Below the pieces are notes generated by a model. That model did no database searches. It saw nothing but the letters and a program-made list of their open reading frames with translations, and was not told the DNA's origin. A program made the translations under genes and the position numbers. Below, one piece after another: positions 1 through 9,215 of a DNA stretch of 64,000 nt. How positions within the stretch are numbered: position 1 is the stretch's first letter; each line of letters starts with the position of its first letter. Source of the DNA: an uncultured Pelagibacteraceae bacterium (GTDB taxonomy: Bacteria; Pseudomonadota; Alphaproteobacteria; Pelagibacterales; Pelagibacteraceae); the NCBI GenBank assembly GCA_902598655.1, contig CACKCQ010000002.1, positions 71,744 to 135,743 on the forward strand. The letters run 5' to 3'.

Positions 1-550
1 TATTTATTTTTTTGTTTTCATTTATGTAAATCTTATTTTGTAAATAATATGGTGATTTAATACCACCACCAATATAATCAAATAGTCTTTTTCTTAACTC
101 AGAATTTTTTAGTCTATTTTCAAATTCAGCAGCAATGATATTATTCTCTAAAAGAAATTTCTCATATTTTAATCTTGAAAAATTTTTGTCATCATCAAGA
201 AAATTTATATCGTTTTGTAAATTTAATTTTAATGACCTATCTGAAACTTTTACATTTAAATCTTTATACTCCATTGACATTAAATCTTTTGATATAAGGT
301 CACTCAAAATTCTTTCTAAGATATTTTTATCTAAATTTTCTTTTATATAATCAGGATTAATTCTTGATCGGTTTATATGATCAATGAAGTCTTTCGTTGA
401 AATTGAATTATTATTTATCTTAGCAATATTATTTGTGTTACCACCACTAAAGACACTTCCCATTCCCCAAAAAACAAAAGGAACAATTATTATAGCCACT
501 AGGACGCCTGCCAATTTACTATTTGTAAAACCTCTTAATTTTCCCAACAT
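1..550 (-). CDS. ppiD: SurA N-terminal domain / PpiD-like membrane-anchored periplasmic chaperone (partial, runs off window start)
   Basis: Not in the ORF track. Manual translation from the ATG at 550 gives MLGKLRGFTNSKLAGVLVAIIIVPFVFWGMGSVFSGGNTNNIAKIN, a typical PpiD N-terminus (TM segment ending FxxWG). Divergent from tpiA as in other alphaproteobacteria. Confidence 0.8.
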   Translation of the reverse strand, partial: MLGKLRGFTNSKLAGVLVAIIIVPFVFWGMGSVFSGGNTNNIAKINNNSISTKDFIDHINRSRINPDYIKENLDKNILERILSDLISKDLMSMEYKDLNVKVSDRSLKLNLQNDINFLDDDKNFSRLKYEKFLLENNIIAAEFENRLKNSELRKRLFDYIGGGIKSPYYLQNKIYINENKKIN

Positions 551-607
551 GAGTAATTCTTTATATATTGATTATAAAAAACAAACCTATAAATTAAATT
601 ATCTAAG

Positions 608-1357
608 ATGACAAATAATAATATGATCTTTGTAGCTAATTGGAAGATGAATGGAGAAAAAAGTCATATCTCTGGCATCAATAAAACCATAAAATTTTTA
701 AAACAATCAAAAAATAAAAAAAATCAAATAATTTACTGTCCACCATTTACCCTAATTTCATCGGTTAAAAATAAAGTAAAAAACACTAAAATTAAAGTAG
801 GTGCTCAGAACCTTTCTCAATTAAACGATTATGGTGCATTTACAGGATCTGTAAATTCTAAATTAATTAAGTCAGCAGGAGGTGAGTATGTAATTGTTGG
901 TCATTCTGAAATTAGAAATCAGGAAAATGATATACTAATAAATAAAAAAATTCATTCAGCACTCAAAGAAAAATTAAAAGTAATTCTTTGTATTGGGGAA
1001 ACATATAAAGAAAAAAAAAATAATAAAACTGTCTCAGTACTTAAAAGACAAATAACCATTGCATTAAAGAATATAAAAAAAATTAATAATATTATTTTTG
1101 CATATGAACCTAGATGGGCCATCGGAACTGGAAAAATACCAAAATCACTTGAATTAAGAAAAAACTTTAAAGACATAAACAATATAATTAAAAAATTAAA
1201 AAAAAATCAAAAATATAAAATCATCTATGGAGGATCTGTTAATTCTAAAAATGTATCAGAGTTAAAAGAAATTAATGATTTAAAAGGATTTTTAATAGGA
1301 AGCGCTTCTTTGAGGGCAAAAAATTTTATTGATATAATTAAAAAATCAACTAATTAA
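608..1357 (+). CDS. tpiA: Triosephosphate isomerase
   Basis: ANWKMNG, GAFTG, GHSE, AYEPxWAIGTG and YGGSV motifs. Confidence 0.97.
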   Translation: MTNNNMIFVANWKMNGEKSHISGINKTIKFLKQSKNKKNQIIYCPPFTLISSVKNKVKNTKIKVGAQNLSQLNDYGAFTGSVNSKLIKSAGGEYVIVGHSEIRNQENDILINKKIHSALKEKLKVILCIGETYKEKKNNKTVSVLKRQITIALKNIKKINNIIFAYEPRWAIGTGKIPKSLELRKNFKDINNIIKKLKKNQKYKIIYGGSVNSKNVSELKEINDLKGFLIGSASLRAKNFIDIIKKSTN

Positions 1358-1362
1358 ACCTC

Positions 1363-1662
1363 GTGGAAAATATACTTTTAATAATTAACATTATTCTTGC
1401 AGCTATTTTAGTTGTTTTAGTTTTATTTCAAAAATCTGAGGGTGGTGCATTAGGTATTGGAGTGTCTCAAGATAACTTTATGCTTTCAAGATCTGCAGGA
1501 AATTTTTTAACCAAAGCTACAGCAATAATTGCTACTCTATTTATAATATGCAGTCTGTGTTTAACGATTCTTTCCAGAGGTGAATTAACTCCCACAACAT
1601 CAGTTTTAGATAAAATAGAGGAAACTGATGATGCTCCAAAGGTTCCAGATAGCAATAATTAA
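1363..1662 (+). CDS. secG: Preprotein translocase subunit SecG
   Basis: GTG start; two TM segments around QKSEGGALG; tpiA-secG-pyrG synteny. Confidence 0.95.
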   Translation: MENILLIINIILAAILVVLVLFQKSEGGALGIGVSQDNFMLSRSAGNFLTKATAIIATLFIICSLCLTILSRGELTPTTSVLDKIEETDDAPKVPDSNN

Positions 1663-1702
1663 TACTTTGAATTTTTAAGTTTTAGGTCTATAAGATACTT
1701 CC

Positions 1703-3325
1703 ATGGCGCGATATATCTTTGTCACTGGCGGCGTGGTATCATCACTTGGAAAAGGGTTATCCTCAGCATCACTTGCATATTTATTAAAATCACAAGGTTA
1801 TAAAGTCAGGATACGTAAGATGGATCCATATTTAAATGTTGATCCAGGAACAATGAGTCCTTTTCAGCATGGAGAGGTATTTGTTACTGATGATGGAGCA
1901 GAAACTGATCTAGATTTAGGACATTACGAAAGATTTACAAATATTTCATCAAAACAATCAGATAATATTACTACTGGTAAAATTTATAGCGATGTAATCA
2001 AAAAAGAGAGACAAGGGGGCTATCAAGGTAAGACAGTTCAAGTCATTCCACACATAACAGATAGAATAAAAAAATTTATTAGCAAAGATATAAGTAACGA
2101 AGATTTTGTAATTTGTGAAATTGGTGGAACTGTTGGTGACATAGAAAGTTTACCATTTTTAGAAGCAATAAGACAATTCTCAAACGATCACGGAAGGTCC
2201 AGAACATTATTTGTTCATTTAACTTTAGTTCCATTTATGAAATCTTCTGATGAGATAAAAACTAAACCTACACAACATAGTGTTAAAGAATTAAGAAGTA
2301 TCGGTATACAGCCAGATATTGTTATATGTAGATCAGAGCAACATATACCTTTAGAGCAAAGAAAAAAAATATCTTTATTTTGTAATGTTGATATTGAAAA
2401 CGTTATTGAGACTGTTGATGTTAGAACAATTTATGAAGCACCAATTAGTTTTTATAACCAAAAATTAGATAAACAAGTTTTAAAATATTTTAAAATAAAA
2501 TCAAAAAAGAAACCCAATTTAAATCCATGGAAAAATATCACCTCTACTGTTCTAAAAAATAATAAAGTAATTGACATTGGAATAATAGGTAAATATGTGA
2601 ACTTAAAAGATGCATATAAATCCTTAGATGAAGCATTAACACACGGCGGCATAGCAAATAATGTAAAAGTTAATTTGGTAAGAATCGAATCTGATAAACT
2701 AAAAAAAAATGAAATAAGCAAAAAACTTAGAAGTGTTTCTGGAATATTAATTCCAGGTGGATTTGGCAAAAGAGGAACAGAAGGCAAGATTGCTGCAATT
2801 AAATATGCAAGAGAAAAAAAAATACCCTTTTTTGGTATTTGTTTTGGCATGCAAATGGCAATCATTGAATTTGCTAGAAATAAATTAAATATAAAAAATG
2901 CTGGTTCTACAGAGCTTGATAAAAAATGCTATCCTGTTATTGGATTAATCCATGAATGGAACAAAAATGGAAAAATTTTTAAGGGTACAGAAAAAAACTT
3001 AGGTGGGACAATGAGATTAGGTCTTTATACAGCTAAATTAAAAAATAATTCTGCCATAAAAAAAATTTATAAATCAAATGAAATAAAAGAAAGACACAGA
3101 CATAGATATGAAGTTAATACTAACCAAAGATCAAAATTTGAAAAAAAGGGATTAATATTTTCGGGCATGTCTCCAGATAATAAATTACCTGAAATAATTG
3201 AATTAAAAAATCATCCTTGGTTCATTGGCGTTCAATTTCATCCAGAATTTAAATCAAGACCATTATCACCACATCCATTATTTAAATCATTTATAAAAGC
3301 TTCAAAAAATTATCATGGAAAATAG
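1703..3325 (+). CDS. pyrG: CTP synthase
   Basis: GGVVSSLGKG, DPYLNVDPGTMSP, GICFGMQ and QFHPEF motifs. Confidence 0.99.
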   Translation: MARYIFVTGGVVSSLGKGLSSASLAYLLKSQGYKVRIRKMDPYLNVDPGTMSPFQHGEVFVTDDGAETDLDLGHYERFTNISSKQSDNITTGKIYSDVIKKERQGGYQGKTVQVIPHITDRIKKFISKDISNEDFVICEIGGTVGDIESLPFLEAIRQFSNDHGRSRTLFVHLTLVPFMKSSDEIKTKPTQHSVKELRSIGIQPDIVICRSEQHIPLEQRKKISLFCNVDIENVIETVDVRTIYEAPISFYNQKLDKQVLKYFKIKSKKKPNLNPWKNITSTVLKNNKVIDIGIIGKYVNLKDAYKSLDEALTHGGIANNVKVNLVRIESDKLKKNEISKKLRSVSGILIPGGFGKRGTEGKIAAIKYAREKKIPFFGICFGMQMAIIEFARNKLNIKNAGSTELDKKCYPVIGLIHEWNKNGKIFKGTEKNLGGTMRLGLYTAKLKNNSAIKKIYKSNEIKERHRHRYEVNTNQRSKFEKKGLIFSGMSPDNKLPEIIELKNHPWFIGVQFHPEFKSRPLSPHPLFKSFIKASKNYHGK

Positions 3326-4148
3326 AATTGTTAAATGTCAGGATTTAAATATTTCTAACAAAAATAAAATTTGTTTAATTGCAGGACCTTGCCAATTAGA
3401 AACTGAACAGCATGCTTTAGATATGGCGGGGGAAATTAAAATTATTTCTGAAAAATATAATCTTGGATTTATATACAAAACATCGTTTGATAAAGCCAAT
3501 CGGACAAGTCTTAAAGGTAAAAGAGGAGCTGGACTAGAAAAATCTTTACCAATTTTTGATAGAATAAAAAAAGAAATAAAAGTTCCTGTCCTTACTGATA
3601 TTCATAACGAAAAGCAATGTTCAATTGTTGCTCCTCATATAGACGTTTTACAAATCCCAGCTTTTCTATGTCGACAAACAGATTTATTAGTTGCTGCTGC
3701 AAAAACAAAAAAAATTATTAACGTAAAAAAAGGTCAGTTTTTAGCTCCATGGGATATGGTGAATGTAACAAAAAAAATATCAGATTCAGGAAATGATAAT
3801 ATTCTAGTTACAGAGAGAGGTGCAAGTTTTGGATACAATACTTTAGTATCTGACATGAGATCTATTCCTATAATGGCAAAGAATGGATATCCTATTGTTT
3901 TTGATGCCACTCACTCAGTTCAACAACCTGGAGGTCAAGGAGATAAAAGTGGTGGACAAAGAGAATTTGTTGAGCATTTATCTCGAGCAGCTGTTGCGGT
4001 AGGTATTGCTGCTATATTTATTGAAACACATCAAGATCCAGATAATGCCCCCTCTGATGGTCCAAATATGGTTCCATTAAATAAATTAGACAATCTTATA
4101 AATCAGATAGTTGAGATAGATAATATAGTAAAAAAAAAAAATGTCTAA
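3315..4148 (+). CDS. kdsA: 3-deoxy-8-phosphooctulonate (KDO8P) synthase
   Basis: AGPCQLE, SFDKANRTS, QIPAFLCRQTDL and DATHSVQ motifs. Confidence 0.98.
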   Translation: MENRIVKCQDLNISNKNKICLIAGPCQLETEQHALDMAGEIKIISEKYNLGFIYKTSFDKANRTSLKGKRGAGLEKSLPIFDRIKKEIKVPVLTDIHNEKQCSIVAPHIDVLQIPAFLCRQTDLLVAAAKTKKIINVKKGQFLAPWDMVNVTKKISDSGNDNILVTERGASFGYNTLVSDMRSIPIMAKNGYPIVFDATHSVQQPGGQGDKSGGQREFVEHLSRAAVAVGIAAIFIETHQDPDNAPSDGPNMVPLNKLDNLINQIVEIDNIVKKKNV

Positions 4149-5400
4149 AATTTCTAAAGTTATTGCAAGACAAGTTTTTGATAGTCGGGGAAATCCAACT
4201 ATAGAAACAGAGGTATTTGCGAAAAATATTAGCGCTTCTGCAATTTGTCCTTCTGGAGCATCTACTGGATCTTATGAAGCTTTTGAAAAAAGGGATACAA
4301 AAAATAAAAAATATCTCGGAAAAAGTGTTTTAAAACCTGTTGAATTTATAAATAAAGTAATATCAAAAAAGTTAAAAAATTATAATGTTCATCAACAAGA
4401 AAAAATAGATAATTTATTAATAAGACTTGATGGTACCAAACAGAAAACAAAAATTGGAGCAAATGCAATTCTTTCTGTCTCAATAGCTGTCAAAAAACTT
4501 TCATCTAAAATAAAAAAAATACCAATTTATAAAAATTTACTAGTTAGTAAAAACTTCAAATTACCATTCCCAATGATGAACATAATTAATGGTGGGGCAC
4601 ATGCAAATAATGGTCTTAGAATACAAGAATTTATGATCAGACCAGATAAAGCAAAATCTTTTTCAGAGGGTGTAAGAATGTGTTTTATAGTCATCAATAA
4701 ACTAAGAGATTTATTAAAAAAAATGGGCCATTCCACATCAGTAGGTGATGAGGGTGGATTTGCGCCTATGATAAATGATAATGAAAGTGCTCTAAAATTA
4801 ATAGTAAAGGCAATAAATCTATCTGGTTTTAATAATGGAAAAGATATAGTTATTTGCTTGGATGTAGCGGCAAATGAGTTAATCAAAAATAAACATTACT
4901 CAATTCATACTAAAAGATATGTAAATGTAGATAAAACAATTTCTGAGTACCTAAAATTAATAAGAAAATATAAAATAAAATCGATCGAAGATCCATTTGG
5001 TGAAAACGATTGGTCAGCATGGACAAAAATGTTAATACAAACAAAAGATAAAGTTCAAATTGTTGGTGATGACCTATTTGTAACTAATTTGGAACGATTA
5101 AAAATTGGTTTTTTGAATGTTTCAGCAAATTCAATTTTGATTAAATTAAATCAAATTGGAACTGTAACCGAAACATTAGAGGTAATTAAATTTGCAAAAT
5201 TGATCGGGTATAAGACTATTATTTCTCACAGGTCTGGTGATAGTGAAGACACATTTATTGCAGATTTTGCTGTCGGTACTGATTCTAATCAAATAAAGAC
5301 TGGATCATTATCCAGATCAGAAAGAGTTTCAAAATATAACCAATTATTGAGGATTGAACATAATCTTGGAAAAAAATCTAAAATGCATAATATTAATTAA
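4141..5400 (+). CDS. eno: Enolase
   Basis: DSRGNPT, PSGASTG, GDEGGFAP, VGDDLFVTN and SHRSGDSED motifs. Confidence 0.98.
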   Translation: MSKISKVIARQVFDSRGNPTIETEVFAKNISASAICPSGASTGSYEAFEKRDTKNKKYLGKSVLKPVEFINKVISKKLKNYNVHQQEKIDNLLIRLDGTKQKTKIGANAILSVSIAVKKLSSKIKKIPIYKNLLVSKNFKLPFPMMNIINGGAHANNGLRIQEFMIRPDKAKSFSEGVRMCFIVINKLRDLLKKMGHSTSVGDEGGFAPMINDNESALKLIVKAINLSGFNNGKDIVICLDVAANELIKNKHYSIHTKRYVNVDKTISEYLKLIRKYKIKSIEDPFGENDWSAWTKMLIQTKDKVQIVGDDLFVTNLERLKIGFLNVSANSILIKLNQIGTVTETLEVIKFAKLIGYKTIISHRSGDSEDTFIADFAVGTDSNQIKTGSLSRSERVSKYNQLLRIEHNLGKKSKMHNIN

Positions 5401-5705
5401 TGATAGATAAGATAAAAAAAAATTATTTTGTTTTAATAATAACATTTTTGTTTATTTATTTTTTTTTCAATTTATTGAGTGGTGATAGAGGTTTAATTTC
5501 TTATTTTAAAAAAAAAGATATTTACGAAGAATTAAAGATTAAACAGTCAGAATTACAAATCAAAATTCAAGATTTAGAGCATAAAAATTCATTATTAACT
5601 GAAAATATAGACCTTGATTTTATTGAAATTTTAATCCGAGACAAATTTTTATTTGGCAAAGAAGGAGAGACTACTTATATAATAAAAAGAAATGAAAAAA
5701 ATTAA
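5400..5705 (+). CDS. ftsB: Septum formation initiator (FtsB/DivIC family)
   Basis: N-terminal TM, GDRGL, coiled coil and D-x-D-x-I-E...R C-terminus; follows eno. Confidence 0.85.
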   Translation: MIDKIKKNYFVLIITFLFIYFFFNLLSGDRGLISYFKKKDIYEELKIKQSELQIKIQDLEHKNSLLTENIDLDFIEILIRDKFLFGKEGETTYIIKRNEKN

Positions 5706-6615
5706 ACCAAGACATCCTGAAAAAGTAAAGAACCCAATAAATCCAATTAAAAAGAAACCAAAATGGATTAGGTCTAAGCTTTCTGATAGTAAAGAATTTT
5801 TTCTTACTAAAACTGTAGTTAATCAAAATAATCTTGTTACAGTTTGTCAGGAAGCAAACTGCCCAAACATAACAGAATGTTGGAGTAAAAGACATGCAAC
5901 CTTTATGATTATGGGAGATACTTGTACAAGAGCTTGCGCTTTTTGTGATGTTAAAACAGGAAAACCTGAAAAATTGGATCCATTTGAACATGTTAAAATT
6001 GCAAATGCAGTAAATAAATTAAACCTAAGACATGTCGTTATAACATCAGTTGATAGAGATGATTTACCAGATGGTGGGTCAAATCATTTTAAAGAAGTAG
6101 TTTTGATGACTAGAAAAAAAAATCCAAATACTACAATTGAGGTTTTAACACCAGATTTTTTAAGAAAAGGTGAATCTTATAAAACAATTTTAAAGTCTAA
6201 TCCTGATGTTTTTAATCATAATATTGAAACAGTACCAAGATTGTATGTCAAAGTGAGACCGGGTGCTAGATACTTTGCATCCTTAGAACTTCTTAAAAAT
6301 GCAAAAATAAATAATAAAAAAGTATTTACTAAATCTGGAATAATGGTTGGTTTGGGTGAAGAAAGAGATGAAATAATTCAGGTAATGGATGATCTAAGAT
6401 CAGCTGATGTGGATTTTTTAACTATTGGTCAATACTTACAGCCTTCAGTAAAACATCATCCATTAGAGAAATACTATCATCCAGATGAATTTAAAGAACT
6501 AGAAATTATAGCTAAGTCAAAAGGATTTTTATTGGTTTCTTCATCTCCTTTAACAAGGTCATCGTATCATGCAGATGAAGATTTTGCTAAATTAAAACAA
6601 AACAGACTTAATTAA
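5692..6615 (+). CDS. lipA: Lipoyl synthase
   Basis: [12 protein letters not shown] and CTRACAFC cluster motifs; RSSYHA. Confidence 0.98.
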   Translation: MKKIKPRHPEKVKNPINPIKKKPKWIRSKLSDSKEFFLTKTVVNQNNLVTVCQEANCPNITECWSKRHATFMIMGDTCTRACAFCDVKTGKPEKLDPFEHVKIANAVNKLNLRHVVITSVDRDDLPDGGSNHFKEVVLMTRKKNPNTTIEVLTPDFLRKGESYKTILKSNPDVFNHNIETVPRLYVKVRPGARYFASLELLKNAKINNKKVFTKSGIMVGLGEERDEIIQVMDDLRSADVDFLTIGQYLQPSVKHHPLEKYYHPDEFKELEIIAKSKGFLLVSSSPLTRSSYHADEDFAKLKQNRLN

Positions 6616-6619
6616 TTTC

Positions 6620-7057
6620 ATGCCTAAAGCATCTGTGACGCGACTTATAGAACGCGATAAAAAAACACTTATAGATTTTGTTTTAGATATTGAAAAATAT
6701 CCAGAATTTATTCCTTTTTGCATAGACTCGAAAGTATATAAAAAAAAAGAGGAAAAAAATTCCATTAATATAATTGCGGATTTAACTATTGGTAAAAGAC
6801 CTTTTACAGATACTTATAAAAGTGATGTGAAATTTGATAAATTAAATGATCATATTCATGTCACGAATATTGATGGACCACTTAATTATCTTGAAAATAA
6901 CTGGAAATTTATTGAAAAAGACAATTTTACAGAAGTTCATTTTGATGTTGATTTTGAGATAAAAAATAAATTTTTGAATATTATTATGGTAAAATCATTT
7001 CAATTTGGTCTCAATAAAATAGCAGATGCTTTTCAAAAAAGAGCAGAGAGTCTATAA
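6620..7057 (+). CDS. Coq10/RatA-family START-domain (ubiquinone-binding) protein
   Basis: DIEKYPEFIPFC and AFxKRA motifs; follows lipA as in alphaproteobacteria. Confidence 0.88.
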   Translation: MPKASVTRLIERDKKTLIDFVLDIEKYPEFIPFCIDSKVYKKKEEKNSINIIADLTIGKRPFTDTYKSDVKFDKLNDHIHVTNIDGPLNYLENNWKFIEKDNFTEVHFDVDFEIKNKFLNIIMVKSFQFGLNKIADAFQKRAESL

Positions 7058-7125
7058 AATGTTATTTTAATTCATTAATATTTTAAAGATAAAAGGTATA
7101 TAAATAAGATTCACTAATGAAATAT

Positions 7126-7590
7126 TCAGACTAAACTATTTATTAATCTTAAAGTCTTTTTAACTGTAGAATTTTGAATAAAATACCTTTGTTTTTTATT
7201 AAACAAACATTTTCTTATTGTTAATTTTTTACCTTTTTTTAGACCTATGTAAACAAGACCTACAGGCTTATCCTTTGTACCACCATTTGGACCTGCGATA
7301 CCAGTAATAGATATATTTATTTTACTTTTTGATATTTTGGATAACCCTTTCACCATAGATCTGCAACATTCAGGGCTAACTGAACCATATTTATCTATAA
7401 TTTTTTTATTAATTTTTAATATTTTAATTTTTGCATTGTTTGAATAAGTTACTAATCCCATTTGGAAGTACTTTGATGAACCGCTCAATTTGGTAAATTT
7501 GCTTGATAATAAGCCTCCTGTGCATGATTCAGCTATAGATAAAGTAATTTTCTTTTTAATTAATTTCATATGCAACTTCTGTATTTTCAT
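7126..7590 (-). CDS. cinA: CinA C-terminal domain protein (NMN deamidase PncC-like)
   Basis: AESCTGG, TYSN, SITGIAGP and KPVGLV motifs. Confidence 0.93.
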   Translation of the reverse strand: MKIQKLHMKLIKKKITLSIAESCTGGLLSSKFTKLSGSSKYFQMGLVTYSNNAKIKILKINKKIIDKYGSVSPECCRSMVKGLSKISKSKINISITGIAGPNGGTKDKPVGLVYIGLKKGKKLTIRKCLFNKKQRYFIQNSTVKKTLRLINSLV

Positions 7591-8081
7591 TAAAATTTTA
7601 GACTTATTAAGTAAATTAATATCATGGTGTATAAACCTGCCATAATATCATCCATTATTATTCCAAAAAAGTTTTTATGTTCTTTGTCGAAATAACTAAC
7701 TGGAAAAGGTTTTACAATATCAAAAAATCTAAAAAAAATAAAAGAAAGTAAATAATATATTTCAACAGGTATACTTATTAAATTAAGTGAAGAAAGGTAT
7801 ACAATCAGTATTAAAGGCATTGCTTGTCCCAAAACTTCATCAATTACAATTTGCCTAGGATCTTTATTTTCGAACTCAGTTTCTGAATCCATTACCGCAT
7901 AAAAAGAATAAAAAAATATAATTGAATATAATATTAGTATATAATTTAAATTCTTAAAATTGAATAACTCAAAAAGTATATAAAGTATTATTAAAGTACT
8001 TAAAGATGTAAACGTTCCAGGTATTTTAGAAATATATCCGTTTCCAAAAAATGTAGAAATTAATATGTTAATTTTTTTCAT
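7590..8081 (-). CDS. pgpA: Phosphatidylglycerophosphatase A
   Basis: PGTFTS, DPRQIVIDEVLG, FRFFDIVKP and DDIMAG motifs. Start moved to the ATG at 8081 (ATGA overlap with the ispDF stop). Confidence 0.93.
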   Translation of the reverse strand: MKKINILISTFFGNGYISKIPGTFTSLSTLIILYILFELFNFKNLNYILILYSIIFFYSFYAVMDSETEFENKDPRQIVIDEVLGQAMPLILIVYLSSLNLISIPVEIYYLLSFIFFRFFDIVKPFPVSYFDKEHKNFFGIIMDDIMAGLYTMILIYLISLKF

Positions 8082-9178
8082 CTCGATAATGAACAAATCA
8101 CTTCGCATGCTATGGCTTGCTCATTTCCAATTAAACCTAATTTTTCAACTGTTTTCCCTTTTAAATTTATCAAACTTTTGTTTATTGATAATAAACTAGA
8201 AATTGATTTTATAACTTTGTATCTGATTTTTGAGACTTTGGGGTTTTCACAAATTAAGTTTATATCTATATTGTTTATGTCAAAATTATTCTCCCTTATT
8301 AATTTGACAACAGGCATGAGCATATTCTTGGACCTGATATTTTTAAATTTAGTTGAATTACTTGGGAAAAGAGTTCCAATATCACCTTTTCTCATTGCCC
8401 CTAGCAGAGCATCAATTATAGCGTGGAGGATTACATCTCCATCAGAATGTCCTTTAAGTCCTGAGTGATATGGAATTTTCACTCCTCCAAGAAAAAGTTT
8501 TTTATTTTTAATTAACCTGTGTATATCAAAACCAATCCCATAATAGGTTTCTGATTTTAGATATTTTAAATCATCTATTGTTGTTATTTTAAAATTATTT
8601 TTATCTCCAAGAATAAATTTAATTTTTTTATTATTGTTTAAGTAAAGACTGGCTTCATCTGTAATCTTTTCTTTATTATTCTTATATAAATTAAAAAGTT
8701 CATTAAAATTAAAACATTGAGGCGTTTGAGTTAATAAAACTTTATCACGATTCAAGTTATTAATTCTATTATTATTTTTGTATTTTACTGAATTTTCTGA
8801 ATTCAGATAAGGAACTACAGCACTATTTTTTTTTAAATTATTTTTTAATTTTCTCAATAAATTTATTGATAAATTTGGTCTTGCAGCATCATGAATATAT
8901 ACATTTTTAATTTTTTTGTTCTTTAAGAAATGTAGAGCATTTTGAGTAGAATTATGTCTCTCTATTCCCCCTTTTATTACATCAACACTTTTGTATTTTA
9001 TTTTTTTAATTTTTTTATTTGAGACTAACAAAATTTTTTTAAATAACTTTGAGTCTTGAGCAATTTTTAATGAATGCTCAAATAGTGGCTTATTTTTATA
9101 CGTTATAAATTGCTTATTATGTTTAGATTTAAATCTCTTACTTTTTCCTGCACTTAATAATATAAAACAATCACTCAT
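8078..9178 (-). CDS. ispDF: Bifunctional IspD/IspF (MEP pathway)
   Basis: IHDAARP and QTPQ (IspD) fused to GFDIHRL, GHSDGDV and DIGTLFP (IspF). Confidence 0.96.
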   Translation of the reverse strand: MSDCFILLSAGKSKRFKSKHNKQFITYKNKPLFEHSLKIAQDSKLFKKILLVSNKKIKKIKYKSVDVIKGGIERHNSTQNALHFLKNKKIKNVYIHDAARPNLSINLLRKLKNNLKKNSAVVPYLNSENSVKYKNNNRINNLNRDKVLLTQTPQCFNFNELFNLYKNNKEKITDEASLYLNNNKKIKFILGDKNNFKITTIDDLKYLKSETYYGIGFDIHRLIKNKKLFLGGVKIPYHSGLKGHSDGDVILHAIIDALLGAMRKGDIGTLFPSNSTKFKNIRSKNMLMPVVKLIRENNFDINNIDINLICENPKVSKIRYKVIKSISSLLSINKSLINLKGKTVEKLGLIGNEQAIACEVICSLSR

Positions 9179-9215
9179 GTATTTATTTATAAATTTTTAT
9201 ATATATTCATAGTTT

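Noticed and set aside
135-611. Plus-strand ORFs 135-350 and 384-611
   Set aside because: Antisense shadows of the minus-strand ppiD-like gene.
4130-4141. A12 homopolymer at the kdsA/eno junction as a phase-variation tract
   Set aside because: It encodes Lys codons at the kdsA tail. Slippage would barely change the protein, and A-runs are ubiquitous in this genome.
6620-7057. RatA 'toxin' as a toxin-antitoxin system
   Set aside because: No antitoxin partner; the lipA-linked Coq10-type protein is a housekeeping ubiquinone-binding protein.
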